Shown piece after piece: positions 38,706 through 49,214 of a stretch of 64,000 bases of DNA. Positions within the stretch are counted from its first letter, which is position 1; every line of letters begins with the position of its first letter. The stretch is from Candidatus Thorarchaeota archaeon (GTDB taxonomy: Archaea; Asgardarchaeota; Thorarchaeia; Thorarchaeales; Thorarchaeaceae): contig DXJO01000028.1 in assembly GCA_019057475.1 (NCBI GenBank), positions 34,271 to 98,270 of the forward strand. Reading direction: 5' to 3'. A program made the position numbers and the translations under genes. The notes beneath the pieces were generated by a model, which made no database searches, was not told where the DNA came from, and worked only from the letters and a program-made list of their open reading frames with translations.

Positions 38706-39581
38706 ATGATAGCCAAACAACATTTCGGTCGCACTGGACATGCAAGCACGCGAATCATTTTTGGCTCGTATGCTTTGAGTAAAGCGACACAAGTCGAGGC
38801 GGACCACACGCTTGACCTCTTACTGCAATATGGCGTTAATCACATTGACACGGCACCTATGTACGGGAATGCTGAGAAGCGTATCGGCCCATGGATGGAG
38901 ACGCATCGCAAGGATTTCTTCATCGCTACAAAAACGCGCAAGCGCACATACCAGGGAGCCTGGGATAATCTGCAGCGTTCCCTTGATCGCCTACACGTTG
39001 ACTATGTGGACCTTTGGCAGATGCATGGTTTGACCAACCCCGTGGCATGGGAAAAAGCGATGGGGCCGGGAGGAGCTTTGGACGCCTTCGTCGAGGCACG
39101 CGATAAAGGATTGGTGCGCTTCTTAGGCGTAACAGGACACGGAATCAAAACACCTGCGGTGCATAAACGCAGCCTCGAACGTTTTAATTTCGATTCAGTC
39201 CTGTTGCCTTACAATTATTCGTTGATGCAGAATCCGCGGTATGCTGCTGATTTCAAGGAACTCCTCACCCTGTGTCGCGAACGCAACACCGCTGTGCAGA
39301 CCATCAAATCTATTGCCCGACGACCATGGGAAAATCGCCCTAAGACCTACAACACGTATTTCTATGAACCATTGGAAACTCAAGATGCTATTGATAAGAC
39401 GGTGCATTGGGTCCTGGGTTATCCAGACATTTTTCTAATCACGGCTGGGGATATCCAGCTTCAGCCCAAGATACTGGATGCTGCAAACCGCTTTGAGGAG
39501 CGGCCATCCGACGCGGAAATGGGGGCCCTAGTCGAAAAGCTTGACATTCAACCGATTTGGAGAACTTATAGGCGAAGATAG
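38706..39581 (+). CDS. Aldo/keto reductase
   Basis: [45 protein letters not shown]. Confidence 0.9.
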   Translation: MIAKQHFGRTGHASTRIIFGSYALSKATQVEADHTLDLLLQYGVNHIDTAPMYGNAEKRIGPWMETHRKDFFIATKTRKRTYQGAWDNLQRSLDRLHVDYVDLWQMHGLTNPVAWEKAMGPGGALDAFVEARDKGLVRFLGVTGHGIKTPAVHKRSLERFNFDSVLLPYNYSLMQNPRYAADFKELLTLCRERNTAVQTIKSIARRPWENRPKTYNTYFYEPLETQDAIDKTVHWVLGYPDIFLITAGDIQLQPKILDAANRFEERPSDAEMGALVEKLDIQPIWRTYRRR

Positions 39582-39802
39582 AAAGGAAGACGCCATTACT
39601 GTATCTTATGAGTGCGTAGATTGTGAAGCACCATTCCGGTCTATAACGAGATTCATGCGTTAACTCCTCAGAATTCTAGGATTCAGCTCTCTCCAAAGAA
39701 GATTAATAAAATTGGACCGGAGTATTGAATTTAGCAAAAGGAATCTCAAACGATAAACCAAAGGCCAATTTCGAAATAATCAACAAATGGAAAGTGAAGA
39801 AA

Positions 39803-40474
39803 ATGAGAAAAAGATCGATGGGTATACTCTTTGTTCTGCTATTAGTTACTGCCGTGGTTATTGGTGGACTATACGTGTTACTCACCCAAACGGAATTGGT
39901 CGACTATGATGAAACAGTGACTATCCATGAGGACACCTATTCAAGTGCTGAAAACATTTCAATTTACTATGATGTTTGTTTTCACAATGCAACATTCAAT
40001 GTGGTTGATGACCCTGGTTTCATGATCAGAATTAATTGGAAACTCACAGTCCTTGTCGAAGGAGCAAAAGGAAAAAACACGAATCTTCAAGTAACAAATA
40101 CTTCGTATGGCAAGTATGTGACCATTCAGATATTGAAAGAAAACCCCGGTGATATTTGTGCATTAAATAAAGGAGATGCAGAAGCAACCGTTAATGTTAC
40201 CATTAATAGCGCCTATACCCTTGATATAGAGGCGTTGGCAGGACATGGAAATATCAATCTAACTGCCAGCGAAGCGACTTTTGACGATATTTACTTTCAT
40301 CATGGTATAAATTGTCCAGGCAATAACGGAATCGACATAACGAATTCAACGGTTTATGGGGATCTAACCTGTCAAGTCACAACAGGTTACTTCTGGGTAA
40401 GACTTGAGGACGTATATGTTGGAGGTACATTGTCATGTACACCAGCAACTAGTGGAACACTAATAAGAATATGA
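39803..40474 (+). CDS. Membrane-anchored extracellular beta-rich protein
   Basis: N-terminal TM anchor, many N-x-S/T sequons. Confidence 0.65.
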   Translation: MRKRSMGILFVLLLVTAVVIGGLYVLLTQTELVDYDETVTIHEDTYSSAENISIYYDVCFHNATFNVVDDPGFMIRINWKLTVLVEGAKGKNTNLQVTNTSYGKYVTIQILKENPGDICALNKGDAEATVNVTINSAYTLDIEALAGHGNINLTASEATFDDIYFHHGINCPGNNGIDITNSTVYGDLTCQVTTGYFWVRLEDVYVGGTLSCTPATSGTLIRI

Positions 40475-40505
40475 AGAAACTCCACCGGGGCGTAATTCCC
40501 GAGGA

Positions 40506-41447
40506 TCATTTCTTATCAACATCTGCCGTCATCCCAAGGTCTGACATTAAGCTATCAAGTTGCTGAACCTCGTGAAACTTCAGTAGCTTCTTTATGGACT
40601 CATATCCAAGATATTTGTCCTTTCCTTCTCCAATAATATGATCAGCATATTTGCGTGTGAATGCCCTCTCTATCGCTAGGTAAAGTCCTAGTCCTCGCTC
40701 AATCACATCTTTATCTGCCTGAAGTTCGCTGTGTAAATCAGCACCTAGTGCAATATGTGAGAGTTCATGCGATAATAATCCAAAAAGAGCCGGCTCAGGC
40801 CAATCTCTTACAGCTGCATTGCATCTAATTACATCCGACTTGTCTTGGCTCCAAATGATTACTGCATTCGCCCCTGTTCGCCCCCATACAACATTCACAT
40901 TTCTATCTTTGATATCGCCATACTCTTTACTCATCAAGGTGAAAATGAAATCCTCAAATTTCCTAGTATGAGGATAATCTTCCAATCTTCCTGAGATCTG
41001 AGATTCCAATTTTCTTGAGATCTGATTTCTGAGATTCCAATCTTTCTGAGATCTGATCCGAGAATCTGAATCATTCATGTGGGTTGATTGAGTGCTTTTC
41101 TCCAGAGAGAAGAGCGCATCAATCAGTTTCGTTCCATAGTCGTTGATTACGAACCTATTTTTCGCATAAGCGCGAACGTCCTTCTCCGCAACATCCCATG
41201 TTCGCTCAACCACTTTTACATCCGCCAGCATTCGACAGTACCTAAATGCAGACGACCTACTAAGACTAAATCCAGCAATAACATCTTCAACATTGAATCC
41301 CCCCTCATTCTCATATAGCCACAATAGGAGCGAGAATGTTGTTCTGTTTTTGAACACATTGTGCATTTTGAAGAATAATGAATTTGAATAGAATGGGATT
41401 AGCTTTGCTACCTCTGTTTGGACAGTCTCAAAATTTGAGATTGGCAT
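40506..41447 (-). CDS. Winged-helix domain fused to HExxH metallopeptidase-like domain
   Basis: HTH LSRSSAFRYCRMLADVKVV; C-terminal GLLSHELSHI...ELQAD; repetitive linker. Confidence 0.65.
   Translation of the reverse strand: MPISNFETVQTEVAKLIPFYSNSLFFKMHNVFKNRTTFSLLLWLYENEGGFNVEDVIAGFSLSRSSAFRYCRMLADVKVVERTWDVAEKDVRAYAKNRFVINDYGTKLIDALFSLEKSTQSTHMNDSDSRIRSQKDWNLRNQISRKLESQISGRLEDYPHTRKFEDFIFTLMSKEYGDIKDRNVNVVWGRTGANAVIIWSQDKSDVIRCNAAVRDWPEPALFGLLSHELSHIALGADLHSELQADKDVIERGLGLYLAIERAFTRKYADHIIGEGKDKYLGYESIKKLLKFHEVQQLDSLMSDLGMTADVDKK
40981..41072. repeat. Degenerate tandem repeat (TCCAATyTTyyTGAGATCTGA) x3
   Basis: Units start at 40981, 41005 and 41036. Confidence 0.7.
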
Positions 41448-41496
41448 ATCATAGTATGAGAATCTGCCTCTAATAATCCTTCAGCTTTCCATACGT

Positions 41497-42318
41497 CTAG
41501 ACAGGGATATCTCGGCGCCGGAAGACAAGCAGGCTAGCTGCAATGAGAATGACGTTGACTCCTCCCAACACTAGGATGTCCCGCAGGAGGTTATCAAAGA
41601 ATCCCAGACCGAACAAGTCCATGGTGTTGTAGTAAAACCAGGTTGAGGCATACTTGATATCCTGCTGCGCTTCTGGGAAGTATTGCCAGAACGACCCGAT
41701 GAAGAACATCAGGAACGTTATCATCATGGTGGCTCCCATCGTCTTCTTTGTGTCCAAGAAAATCGTGGCGAACAATAGAGCAGTCATGACCATTGTGCCA
41801 AGATGCAGAACTACGACTACGTAGACCACGAACAGTCGGTCCCAGTGGAGTCCGAAATCAATGAACGTCGGTGAGGTTGCCATCCCCGCCCCGATGAATG
41901 CTACCACGATGCCTATGAGCCCAGCGGTGTAGAGGTATAAGAAGCCAATCTTGCCCGCGAGGTAGGAGGACCGGCTGATTGGTTTGGAGAGGATCAAGTC
42001 TATGGTCTTGTTCTCGACCTCTATCGGGAGCGCAGAGCTGGAGGTCATGTAAACCAGGAAGATGCCCACGAATATCCACATGAATGCGAAGAACTCAATG
42101 CCGACGAAGCCATAGGGAGTACTAAAGGCGACAAACCCACCAAAGAAGTCTGCTAACTCGGGCATACTTTCAAAGATATCTGCATATGCACTAATATCAA
42201 GATATTCCAACATTGCAACGATGCCGAGCCCCATCAGCCCTACGGCACCGCCGAACAAGAGGAGTGACCACTTCTTCTCGTAGAATTGCTCAATAATGAC
42301 CGAAAGCACCTTCAGCAT
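41497..42318 (-). CDS. ABC-2 type exporter permease
   Basis: E.ENKTIDLILSKPISR...GK, six TMs, C-terminal FRRRDI. Confidence 0.88.
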   Translation of the reverse strand: MLKVLSVIIEQFYEKKWSLLLFGGAVGLMGLGIVAMLEYLDISAYADIFESMPELADFFGGFVAFSTPYGFVGIEFFAFMWIFVGIFLVYMTSSSALPIEVENKTIDLILSKPISRSSYLAGKIGFLYLYTAGLIGIVVAFIGAGMATSPTFIDFGLHWDRLFVVYVVVVLHLGTMVMTALLFATIFLDTKKTMGATMMITFLMFFIGSFWQYFPEAQQDIKYASTWFYYNTMDLFGLGFFDNLLRDILVLGGVNVILIAASLLVFRRRDIPV

Positions 42319-43272
42319 CTAAGATACCTCCGACGTGATTCTCTTCTCTTCCTGAACGGAGGCGGAGTCACCGTGGTAGTACTTCAAGAAGATATCCTCC
42401 AAGTCTGGGCTGGTGATGGAGAGGTCAGTGAACTGCACCTCGCGCAAGCTCTCGAGGAGTGTACGGAGGTCGTGTCGGTTCACTAGAAAGTGGGCGCGGG
42501 AGTCGTCGATGGAGAACTCTGCCACGATGTCCGCTGGAATTTGGATACGGAGAAGGGCCTCATCGGGAGTGGAATCGAACAGCAACTCCACTCGTTTCAG
42601 AGCGAGTCCCTTCAGCTTCTGCAAGGTCGCGACCTCAACGATGCTCCCGTTGCGGATGATTCCCACGCGGTGGGCGACCTTCTCGACCTCCCCGAGCATG
42701 TGAGAGCTCAGAAACACCGTGCAGCCGGACTCCGCTTGTTTCTCGTTGATGAGTCTATAAACATCCTGGGTGATTAGCGGGTCGAGACCCGCGGTCGGCT
42801 CGTCGAGGATGAGGAGCTCCACATCCGGCGCCAGAGCGAGAATCACCCCGATCTTTTGCTTGTTTCCCCTGGAGAGGTTGTTCATCTTCCGGTCGAGGTC
42901 AAGCCTAAGGACCGTGGCCATCTCCTCGACCCGCGCCCAGCTGATATCAGTATCGTAGAGTCCGAAGAGGTACTTTAGAATCCGGCGGCCGGTCTTATCC
43001 TTGAACTCGCCTAGTTCGCCAGGCAAGTAGGCGACGCGCTCGCGAATCCGCAGCGAGTCTTGATCCGGGTCGAGTCCAAACACTGACGCCTCTCCCGAAG
43101 TTTTGTGAATCAGCCCTAGAAGAGTCCGGATTGTGGTGGTCTTCCCCGCCCCGTTGGGGCCCAAGAAGCCAAAAACCTCTCCCTCGAGGACTTCCAGGTT
43201 TAGATTCTCGATGCCGCGGGACTCCCCGTAATACTTTGTAAGGTCTTGGCACCTGATAACGACATCGCTCAT
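42319..43272 (-). CDS. ABC transporter ATP-binding protein
   Basis: GPNGAGKTT, LSRGNKQK, LLILDEPTAGLD, SSH. Confidence 0.93.
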   Translation of the reverse strand: MSDVVIRCQDLTKYYGESRGIENLNLEVLEGEVFGFLGPNGAGKTTTIRTLLGLIHKTSGEASVFGLDPDQDSLRIRERVAYLPGELGEFKDKTGRRILKYLFGLYDTDISWARVEEMATVLRLDLDRKMNNLSRGNKQKIGVILALAPDVELLILDEPTAGLDPLITQDVYRLINEKQAESGCTVFLSSHMLGEVEKVAHRVGIIRNGSIVEVATLQKLKGLALKRVELLFDSTPDEALLRIQIPADIVAEFSIDDSRAHFLVNRHDLRTLLESLREVQFTDLSITSPDLEDIFLKYYHGDSASVQEEKRITSEVS

Positions 43273-43352
43273 AGCATGGAAACTTCTGGAATTTGCCAAT
43301 ATATCTTTACTTTTTCAGTGGGAGCAAGCACCATTATCTCTTGCTAATGCAA

Positions 43353-43661
43353 TTACAGGTCTGAAAGGTCCACTGCAGAACCCTGAGTACAATAATACTC
43401 CCAACGCATGCTCATCGTCTTAGTTAATCCGCATTCCGAGCACAGACAACCCTTTTGCTCATGGATCACTTCGCTTTTTCCTATGACACAAAAAACAGCA
43501 CGAGTTTCCCCAGCATCTGTACATGTTGAACATTTATCGCATTGACAAAGATGGAGAACTTGTCCAGCGCTTTTCTTCTGGTCTACCTCCGACATGCCTG
43601 CCATCATCGCTTTAGATTTCTCTTCGAAGGAAGATATTGACCAGTTTTCGATATTTGCCAT
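43353..43661 (-). CDS. DUF2769-like Cys-rich small protein
   Basis: C.C..C, FC..GKS, GCLC..C, YYC..G. Confidence 0.7.
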   Translation of the reverse strand: MANIENWSISSFEEKSKAMMAGMSEVDQKKSAGQVLHLCQCDKCSTCTDAGETRAVFCVIGKSEVIHEQKGCLCSECGLTKTMSMRWEYYCTQGSAVDLSDL

Positions 43662-43756
43662 TCATAGCACCAACATTACACTCACTGCACGAGAATCAGA
43701 ATATAGTCTTATTCATACTCATTTCTTTCCACTTACAATTAGCCCTATCCGATAGG

Positions 43757-46600
43757 CTACGATAAACCCGCTTGCTGCAGGATGCACATCTTGATCTCTC
43801 GAGGGCTGAATCTTAGCGTGACCTTGCTCTCATGAACAGAATGTTCCTTGAGTGTCGCTCCATCGATTCTCACTTCCGTGACCTTCGTAACTTGCCTAAT
43901 CACCTTCATCTCAGTAGCTTCGTCATTGTTCTTCAAGTTGAACATCGTAACCATTACAGAGCCATTGCGAACTCGTAGCGAGGAGATTCTCACATTCGGA
44001 TTGCTCAGCTCGATAATTGGTTCAAGCAAGCTGACGTTTGGCTCTGCTTGGTCTAAGGCGATTGCTATCACATCCTGCGAGCCTGCTTCTGCGTGTTCCG
44101 CACTCATGTACAACGGATCGCCAGCCGAATGCAATAGAAATCCATACGGAAATTCATAGTCTGCGCCCATCTCTTGAGCCCCTTGGGTTTCCTCAGGCGG
44201 TCCTGCATGAATGGGTCTTTCAGGGTAGTCGGAACGCGAGAGCCAGCCTACGGAACGGACAAGTGTGATTGCGATCCTTTTCCTATCTACTAACTCAACC
44301 TCTGGCATTCCTTTGTTGAAGACTGTGATAGCATCACCGCTTTCCTCATTTTCGACTCTGATGAATCGCTTCTGAGGTTGGATGCCAGAAGGCATCTCAG
44401 GATACGTGGATTTGGTCCTCTCAAGCTCCGAGGCATCCGGGATTCTCTCCGCATCTGCCTTTCGTGTCACGCATCCTAGATGGGTTGCGGTCCGTGTTAG
44501 CTCCGAACTGAATGGGAGGTCAAAGCAGATTCTGAGCCTATGGTCCTTGGCAGTGTTTGTCAGTTTAGTTGTGACTTCGATTCGAGGCGTATCACGATAG
44601 AATCTGAAAGTTGACTCGATTGGTATCTCTACCTTGCCAACGCGCTTCTCTCTGGAGTCATCTAGGGTTTCAAACAGTTCAAGGGCCATTGTCTGGCGAA
44701 TCTCGGCCATGACTGGCCCATTGCTCATAATGAATCGTTTGACATTCTTTACCTTGACCTTCTCCGGTTCCACTCTGCCAAAGGTGTACACATCACCTCG
44801 ATCACCAAAGTCCTCGAAGGCATGAAGTCTTTCGTATCTCTGGCCAGTCATTGCGTTAACAGCATTGAATGTTCCATCCTTGTTGAAAGTGATTGAATAG
44901 AATCTGTTGCTTACATGGTTCTTGCTTGCATCAAAGGTATCACTGGATACGGATTTGGGGGTTTCATCAACTGGGTTTAGCTGTGTGAATGCCCATGGTT
45001 GGAGAGGAATGACGGCCGCATAGACACTTTGACTTGGACGCACTGCGACGAGGTGTATCCTTTTGTACCGCTTGCTCTTTATCAGCTCGTGAGCTTGCTT
45101 CTTGAAATCCTCCATGTCAAAGTCGCCCACAGGCTGTCTGTCTGCGATAAGCCTTAGCTCAAGGAGACCTGGCTCGTCGCCATCATAGTGCTCGAAGTCA
45201 TTGATGTAGAAGTTGATGAGTTTCCTGCCGGGTAGCATTGCAATCCCCATCTTTGCAGTAGTCATACCCACTGTTGTTTCCAGAAAGACATCCTCCTGAA
45301 CCCTGACTGGTTGGACGCTGTAGATTGTCCCATCGGGCGCTTGCAGCCCCTTGACACTCCTCTCTCTGGGTTGAGAAAACTCAATACGAACTGGGGTTTC
45401 CAAGCTGGTTCCAGAAGTGAAAGCAAGGATGCATGATTTGTCAGATGGGTTTGATGTTTCCTCAATGGTCTTGACTGCTCCAATGACAATGCTTTCTGCA
45501 ATCGACTCGGACCATGAGAAACGCACCTTCATCTCAGCATGGGTCTGGTCAGCTGAGCAACCGCAGATGGAGTCGTGGGGGTGATTCCGGAGTAGCCATT
45601 TCCACGCGGTTTCGAGAAAGCTGGTTGGATACGAGTGTCCTAGGTAATGCCAGAGATACGCACTGACGGGCTCCGCTTTCAGTAAGAGTATATCCTCAAC
45701 CTTTTGATTCCAGAGCTTAATCCACATGCGGGTTGAGTAGGTGTCCTGTAGTAGAGGAGCTCTGGCAGGAGACCGAAACTCACCTGCATACACTGGGGGA
45801 TTGTAATTCGATTCAGTTACTGCCTTCTCCAGCGCCTCGACATAGTGGTTAAGAAAACCAAGAGTGACGTCTTGCCCTTCTTGTTTCATTTTCTCTGCGT
45901 GCTCCTGGATGAACGGCTGGGGGTGGAGATGGTCAGACCCATTCATCATCAGGTACAGTGGGAGGGGCGAGAATGGCTCCAACTCAGTAACGCTCTCGTT
46001 GATCTTGTCAACAAATCCGTCATAGCTCCCTGGGAATCTAGCGACATTACCATAGCCGCCGGGCAAATAGACACCGAGTATCGATGCTGAGGAAGTTGGA
46101 TGTGATTTCCAGGTGAATGGCACTGTCATGATGTCTGGCGGCACTCCTCTCCAGATAACGGCTGCCTTCAAGTTGGTGAGGTCACCTATTAGCTGGGGAA
46201 TAACGCTCGAATGCCCGAATTGGTCTGGCAAATATGCAACCTGCATCATGGGGATGTCGAGCTTCGTTCCTAGGCCATAGCTGTACTCTAGGTTGCGAAT
46301 CAGGCTCTCACCGCCAACTAACCACTCATCAGGCAGAATGTACCACGGTCCCACGGCAATCTTCCCTTGCCGGATCCATTGCAGTAGCTCCTCCTTTCGC
46401 TCAGGGCGGATCTCGAAGTAGTCCTCTAAGACAACCGTCTGGCCATCTAACATGAACATGAAATCCTGTTGTTTCAGCGTGTCAAGGAGCTCGTCGATTA
46501 GCTCGACCAGCATGTATCTGAATCTCTGAAATGGCAGATACCATTCTCGGTCCCAGTGCGTATGCGGGACAATGATGATCTTCTTGGCGTCCATGTCCAT
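43757..46600 (-). CDS. GH38 alpha-mannosidase
   Basis: HTHWDREWY, LDGQT, GPWY..PDE, PDQFGH, NG.DH, HDSICGCS. Confidence 0.92.
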   Translation of the reverse strand: MDMDAKKIIIVPHTHWDREWYLPFQRFRYMLVELIDELLDTLKQQDFMFMLDGQTVVLEDYFEIRPERKEELLQWIRQGKIAVGPWYILPDEWLVGGESLIRNLEYSYGLGTKLDIPMMQVAYLPDQFGHSSVIPQLIGDLTNLKAAVIWRGVPPDIMTVPFTWKSHPTSSASILGVYLPGGYGNVARFPGSYDGFVDKINESVTELEPFSPLPLYLMMNGSDHLHPQPFIQEHAEKMKQEGQDVTLGFLNHYVEALEKAVTESNYNPPVYAGEFRSPARAPLLQDTYSTRMWIKLWNQKVEDILLLKAEPVSAYLWHYLGHSYPTSFLETAWKWLLRNHPHDSICGCSADQTHAEMKVRFSWSESIAESIVIGAVKTIEETSNPSDKSCILAFTSGTSLETPVRIEFSQPRERSVKGLQAPDGTIYSVQPVRVQEDVFLETTVGMTTAKMGIAMLPGRKLINFYINDFEHYDGDEPGLLELRLIADRQPVGDFDMEDFKKQAHELIKSKRYKRIHLVAVRPSQSVYAAVIPLQPWAFTQLNPVDETPKSVSSDTFDASKNHVSNRFYSITFNKDGTFNAVNAMTGQRYERLHAFEDFGDRGDVYTFGRVEPEKVKVKNVKRFIMSNGPVMAEIRQTMALELFETLDDSREKRVGKVEIPIESTFRFYRDTPRIEVTTKLTNTAKDHRLRICFDLPFSSELTRTATHLGCVTRKADAERIPDASELERTKSTYPEMPSGIQPQKRFIRVENEESGDAITVFNKGMPEVELVDRKRIAITLVRSVGWLSRSDYPERPIHAGPPEETQGAQEMGADYEFPYGFLLHSAGDPLYMSAEHAEAGSQDVIAIALDQAEPNVSLLEPIIELSNPNVRISSLRVRNGSVMVTMFNLKNNDEATEMKVIRQVTKVTEVRIDGATLKEHSVHESKVTLRFSPREIKMCILQQAGLS

Positions 46601-46742
46601 TCACTCCGCTGAGCTGGATTCCCCCTCAATAAGCTTCTCTCTGTCATTTTGCAAACCTTGACGTCATAGTTGCAACTCGTCGTTGCGTGAAGATCAGGAA
46701 TATCGTGGAGATAGATAGGAACTAGCTGTGCAAAATTGTTTG

Positions 46743-47222
46743 CTACAGTGGCAGCCACTTTCGGGTCCTCTTCTTATACTCCAGGAACGCTTCTCCGAAT
46801 CTCTCTTCGAGTAATTTCTCCTCATAGTTTGCTATTACATCGTAGACACCGAAGGCGACTAACCAGACGATGAGTGAGGCAAGCGACAGCGTTGCTATGG
46901 CCAGTGCAAGATAGAACAGGAATGTTCCAAGGTACATCGGATGACGAACTCGTGCGTATATTCCTGATGTGGCCAGACCAGCTTCCTGAGTGTCGAAAAG
47001 GTCTTTGTGAGATGCAACCATGAAGTAGACGGCTGCAGAAAAGATGAGAATGGCAAAGGTGACATGCACCCAGATGGGGACCACTGCCTGTAGGAAGGTT
47101 GTAAGACCCAGGACAAATGAGTCCAGAATCCAGACTATGAGAAACAAGGCGAGCAAGATCATCTGATAGGTATGATTTCCCGGCATTTCCCCAGTGAGAT
47201 GCTCATGACTATGATCGGGCAT
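46743..47222 (-). CDS. Isoprenylcysteine carboxylmethyltransferase/PEMT-family membrane protein
   Basis: GIYARVRHPMYLG, EEKLL.ERFG..F.EYKK.T.KW. Confidence 0.85.
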   Translation of the reverse strand: MPDHSHEHLTGEMPGNHTYQMILLALFLIVWILDSFVLGLTTFLQAVVPIWVHVTFAILIFSAAVYFMVASHKDLFDTQEAGLATSGIYARVRHPMYLGTFLFYLALAIATLSLASLIVWLVAFGVYDVIANYEEKLLEERFGEAFLEYKKRTRKWLPL

Positions 47223-47270
47223 TTCTGCACCATTTCTGTGTAGGTCATTCCGCCTTTTATGATTCATGAT

Positions 47271-47363
47271 TCAGACCAACATGTGCCTGAATCTCTGAAA
47301 TGGCAGATACCATTCTCGGTCCCAATGGGTGTGTGGAACAATGATGACCTTTTTGGCGTCCAT
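47271..47363 (-). pseudogene. Duplicated 5' fragment (30 codons) of the GH38 gene
   Basis: MDAKKVIIVPHTHWDREWYLPFQRFRHMLV* versus MDAKKIIIVPHTHWDREWYLPFQRFRYMLVE. Confidence 0.9.
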
Positions 47364-47515
47364 CTACGGCATCTCTCTAGAGTGCAGATTACATCTCCTC
47401 GTTACGTTTCTATTCGGTTCGCATGGCTTGCTCATTCGCAATAACAAGTCCCAAAGCTGGGATAATGGAGCCAAAGAAGAAAGGTCATTAGTTTTGATTT
47501 GGATATCTTTCCAAT

Positions 47516-48913
47516 CTATTCCCACTCGAGAAGCCGGTGTTCGCCTTCAAGGCTTCGGATTTCGGTCACATCTTGTGACACTTCCAAAGTTCCGACAAAT
47601 TCTCCATTAGCCTCTCTTACTGCGAAATAGCTTATGAGTAGAAAACGGTCATTCATCTGAATCCAAAACACTGCCTTGTCTTTCTTGCCTTCCTTAAAGG
47701 CAGTCATGATTCTCTGTACCTTGTCAAAGCTCTTCTGAGGATGACAGTTGATTACACTTCTTCCAATGACTCCTGGACTCCTCGGGAAAATCCGGTGGTC
47801 TGTTGCGGAATAGTATTTCACCTTTTCATCAACACTAACAAATGAAATATCAGCTGGAAGATGCCGAAGAAGCAGGTCTATCTCTCTTGATGTCAGGCTT
47901 CCTCTGTTCAATTCAATCTCAGGCAATTCCGACTCTTGGTCAGCTTGATGAATCGCAGCTGGGGTAACTGGCTTCCATTCTTTCTCGGGTGTTATCCAAG
48001 CGTACCCAATTTCTTCTTCTCCAGCTCGGACTCTTGCCCAATCATGTTCTGATAGGTTTTCAAGAGACATTGGGTAGAGAATGTTCGCCTCTTTGTAGAT
48101 CATGTCTTCAATGGCAGCAAGCAACTCGTTGAGGTTCGATTCATTTAGCTCACCAATCATTTTGCGAATATCATCTTGCTTTGCCCACATCACAGTAGAT
48201 GGACCCGTTATGCCTGCTTTCTCAAGCATTGGAAAGAGTTGATTCTGCATTCTTGTATAATGCACAATTATTTTCTTCAGCTTCTCGATAGTATCTCCAT
48301 CTTCAGGACTCTTCCTTAGGTGATCAACTAACCTCTGTGCTTCTTCATTCTCTTTCGTGTAGGTGTGAATGGGATGCCCTGGTGTAGTTTCAGGTGTTTG
48401 CTGAACGTCCAGTGATTCCTTGAAGACTTCTACGTGCAAATCACACAGAGCTGTTACTTGTTGTGCTGTGAGTTCACCCGAAGTGATGAGCGCCTGTTCC
48501 ATATCGGCAATCTCGGTTGCACTGACGTCTACAAGAATCTCCTTGAACTGTGACCGCAAATCTTCCATTTCTTTGCCGCCATGCAGTCCCAGAACGATGT
48601 CTTTCAAACTGCTTTGTCTTCTTTCAAGTTCTTCTTGCCATTCGCCCTTTCCCTCGTCTTCTTTGTCAATAGCAACGGTTTCATCGGTGTTTTTTGAAAT
48701 TGATTCGGACAGCAGTACGAATAATCGGTTCAAAGGGACTTTGGAGATCTTTGAAACATCAGTTAGAGTTGCGCGTTTTCCAATGGTCCTTTTCAGAATG
48801 GGGTTTTGCAGCATCTTGAGCTTCGGCGAAATTTGAATCAGAGTATCATATAGGAATGGAAACTCCTTTGCCAAATCCAGTACTCTTGTTGTTGCCTTGA
48901 GTGTAGTTACCAT
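47516..48913 (-). CDS. DUF438 / hemerythrin-like / PAS protein
   Basis: LCDLHVEVF, GHPIHT, HY.R..NQLFP.LE, VMW..D, MIYKE.NILYP, NCHP. Confidence 0.85.
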   Translation of the reverse strand: MVTTLKATTRVLDLAKEFPFLYDTLIQISPKLKMLQNPILKRTIGKRATLTDVSKISKVPLNRLFVLLSESISKNTDETVAIDKEDEGKGEWQEELERRQSSLKDIVLGLHGGKEMEDLRSQFKEILVDVSATEIADMEQALITSGELTAQQVTALCDLHVEVFKESLDVQQTPETTPGHPIHTYTKENEEAQRLVDHLRKSPEDGDTIEKLKKIIVHYTRMQNQLFPMLEKAGITGPSTVMWAKQDDIRKMIGELNESNLNELLAAIEDMIYKEANILYPMSLENLSEHDWARVRAGEEEIGYAWITPEKEWKPVTPAAIHQADQESELPEIELNRGSLTSREIDLLLRHLPADISFVSVDEKVKYYSATDHRIFPRSPGVIGRSVINCHPQKSFDKVQRIMTAFKEGKKDKAVFWIQMNDRFLLISYFAVREANGEFVGTLEVSQDVTEIRSLEGEHRLLEWE

Positions 48914-49214
48914 AGGGAATCCTCACAAGCAGCTACAATAAACAATAGTTAATAAAGCCTGCGCTTTGATTAAGTTGTGGGATGCGCATCTAGATGATGC
49001 GAGGAGCTCAGAACCGGTACAAGTATTGCACTGCTTGCAGATCTCTTTAGTACTATCTGCGGCCACGGTAAGATGCGCTGTTGGTGCAATCTCGGCGAAA
49101 CATCCTTTGACTCCTCAAATCTAAGGAATCACTTTGCTCAACGATAACGTTTCTTAAGAAGTTGTTATATCTTGATTGAGCTATAACACACCTACTAGTT
49201 GAGAGTGGATTGTT

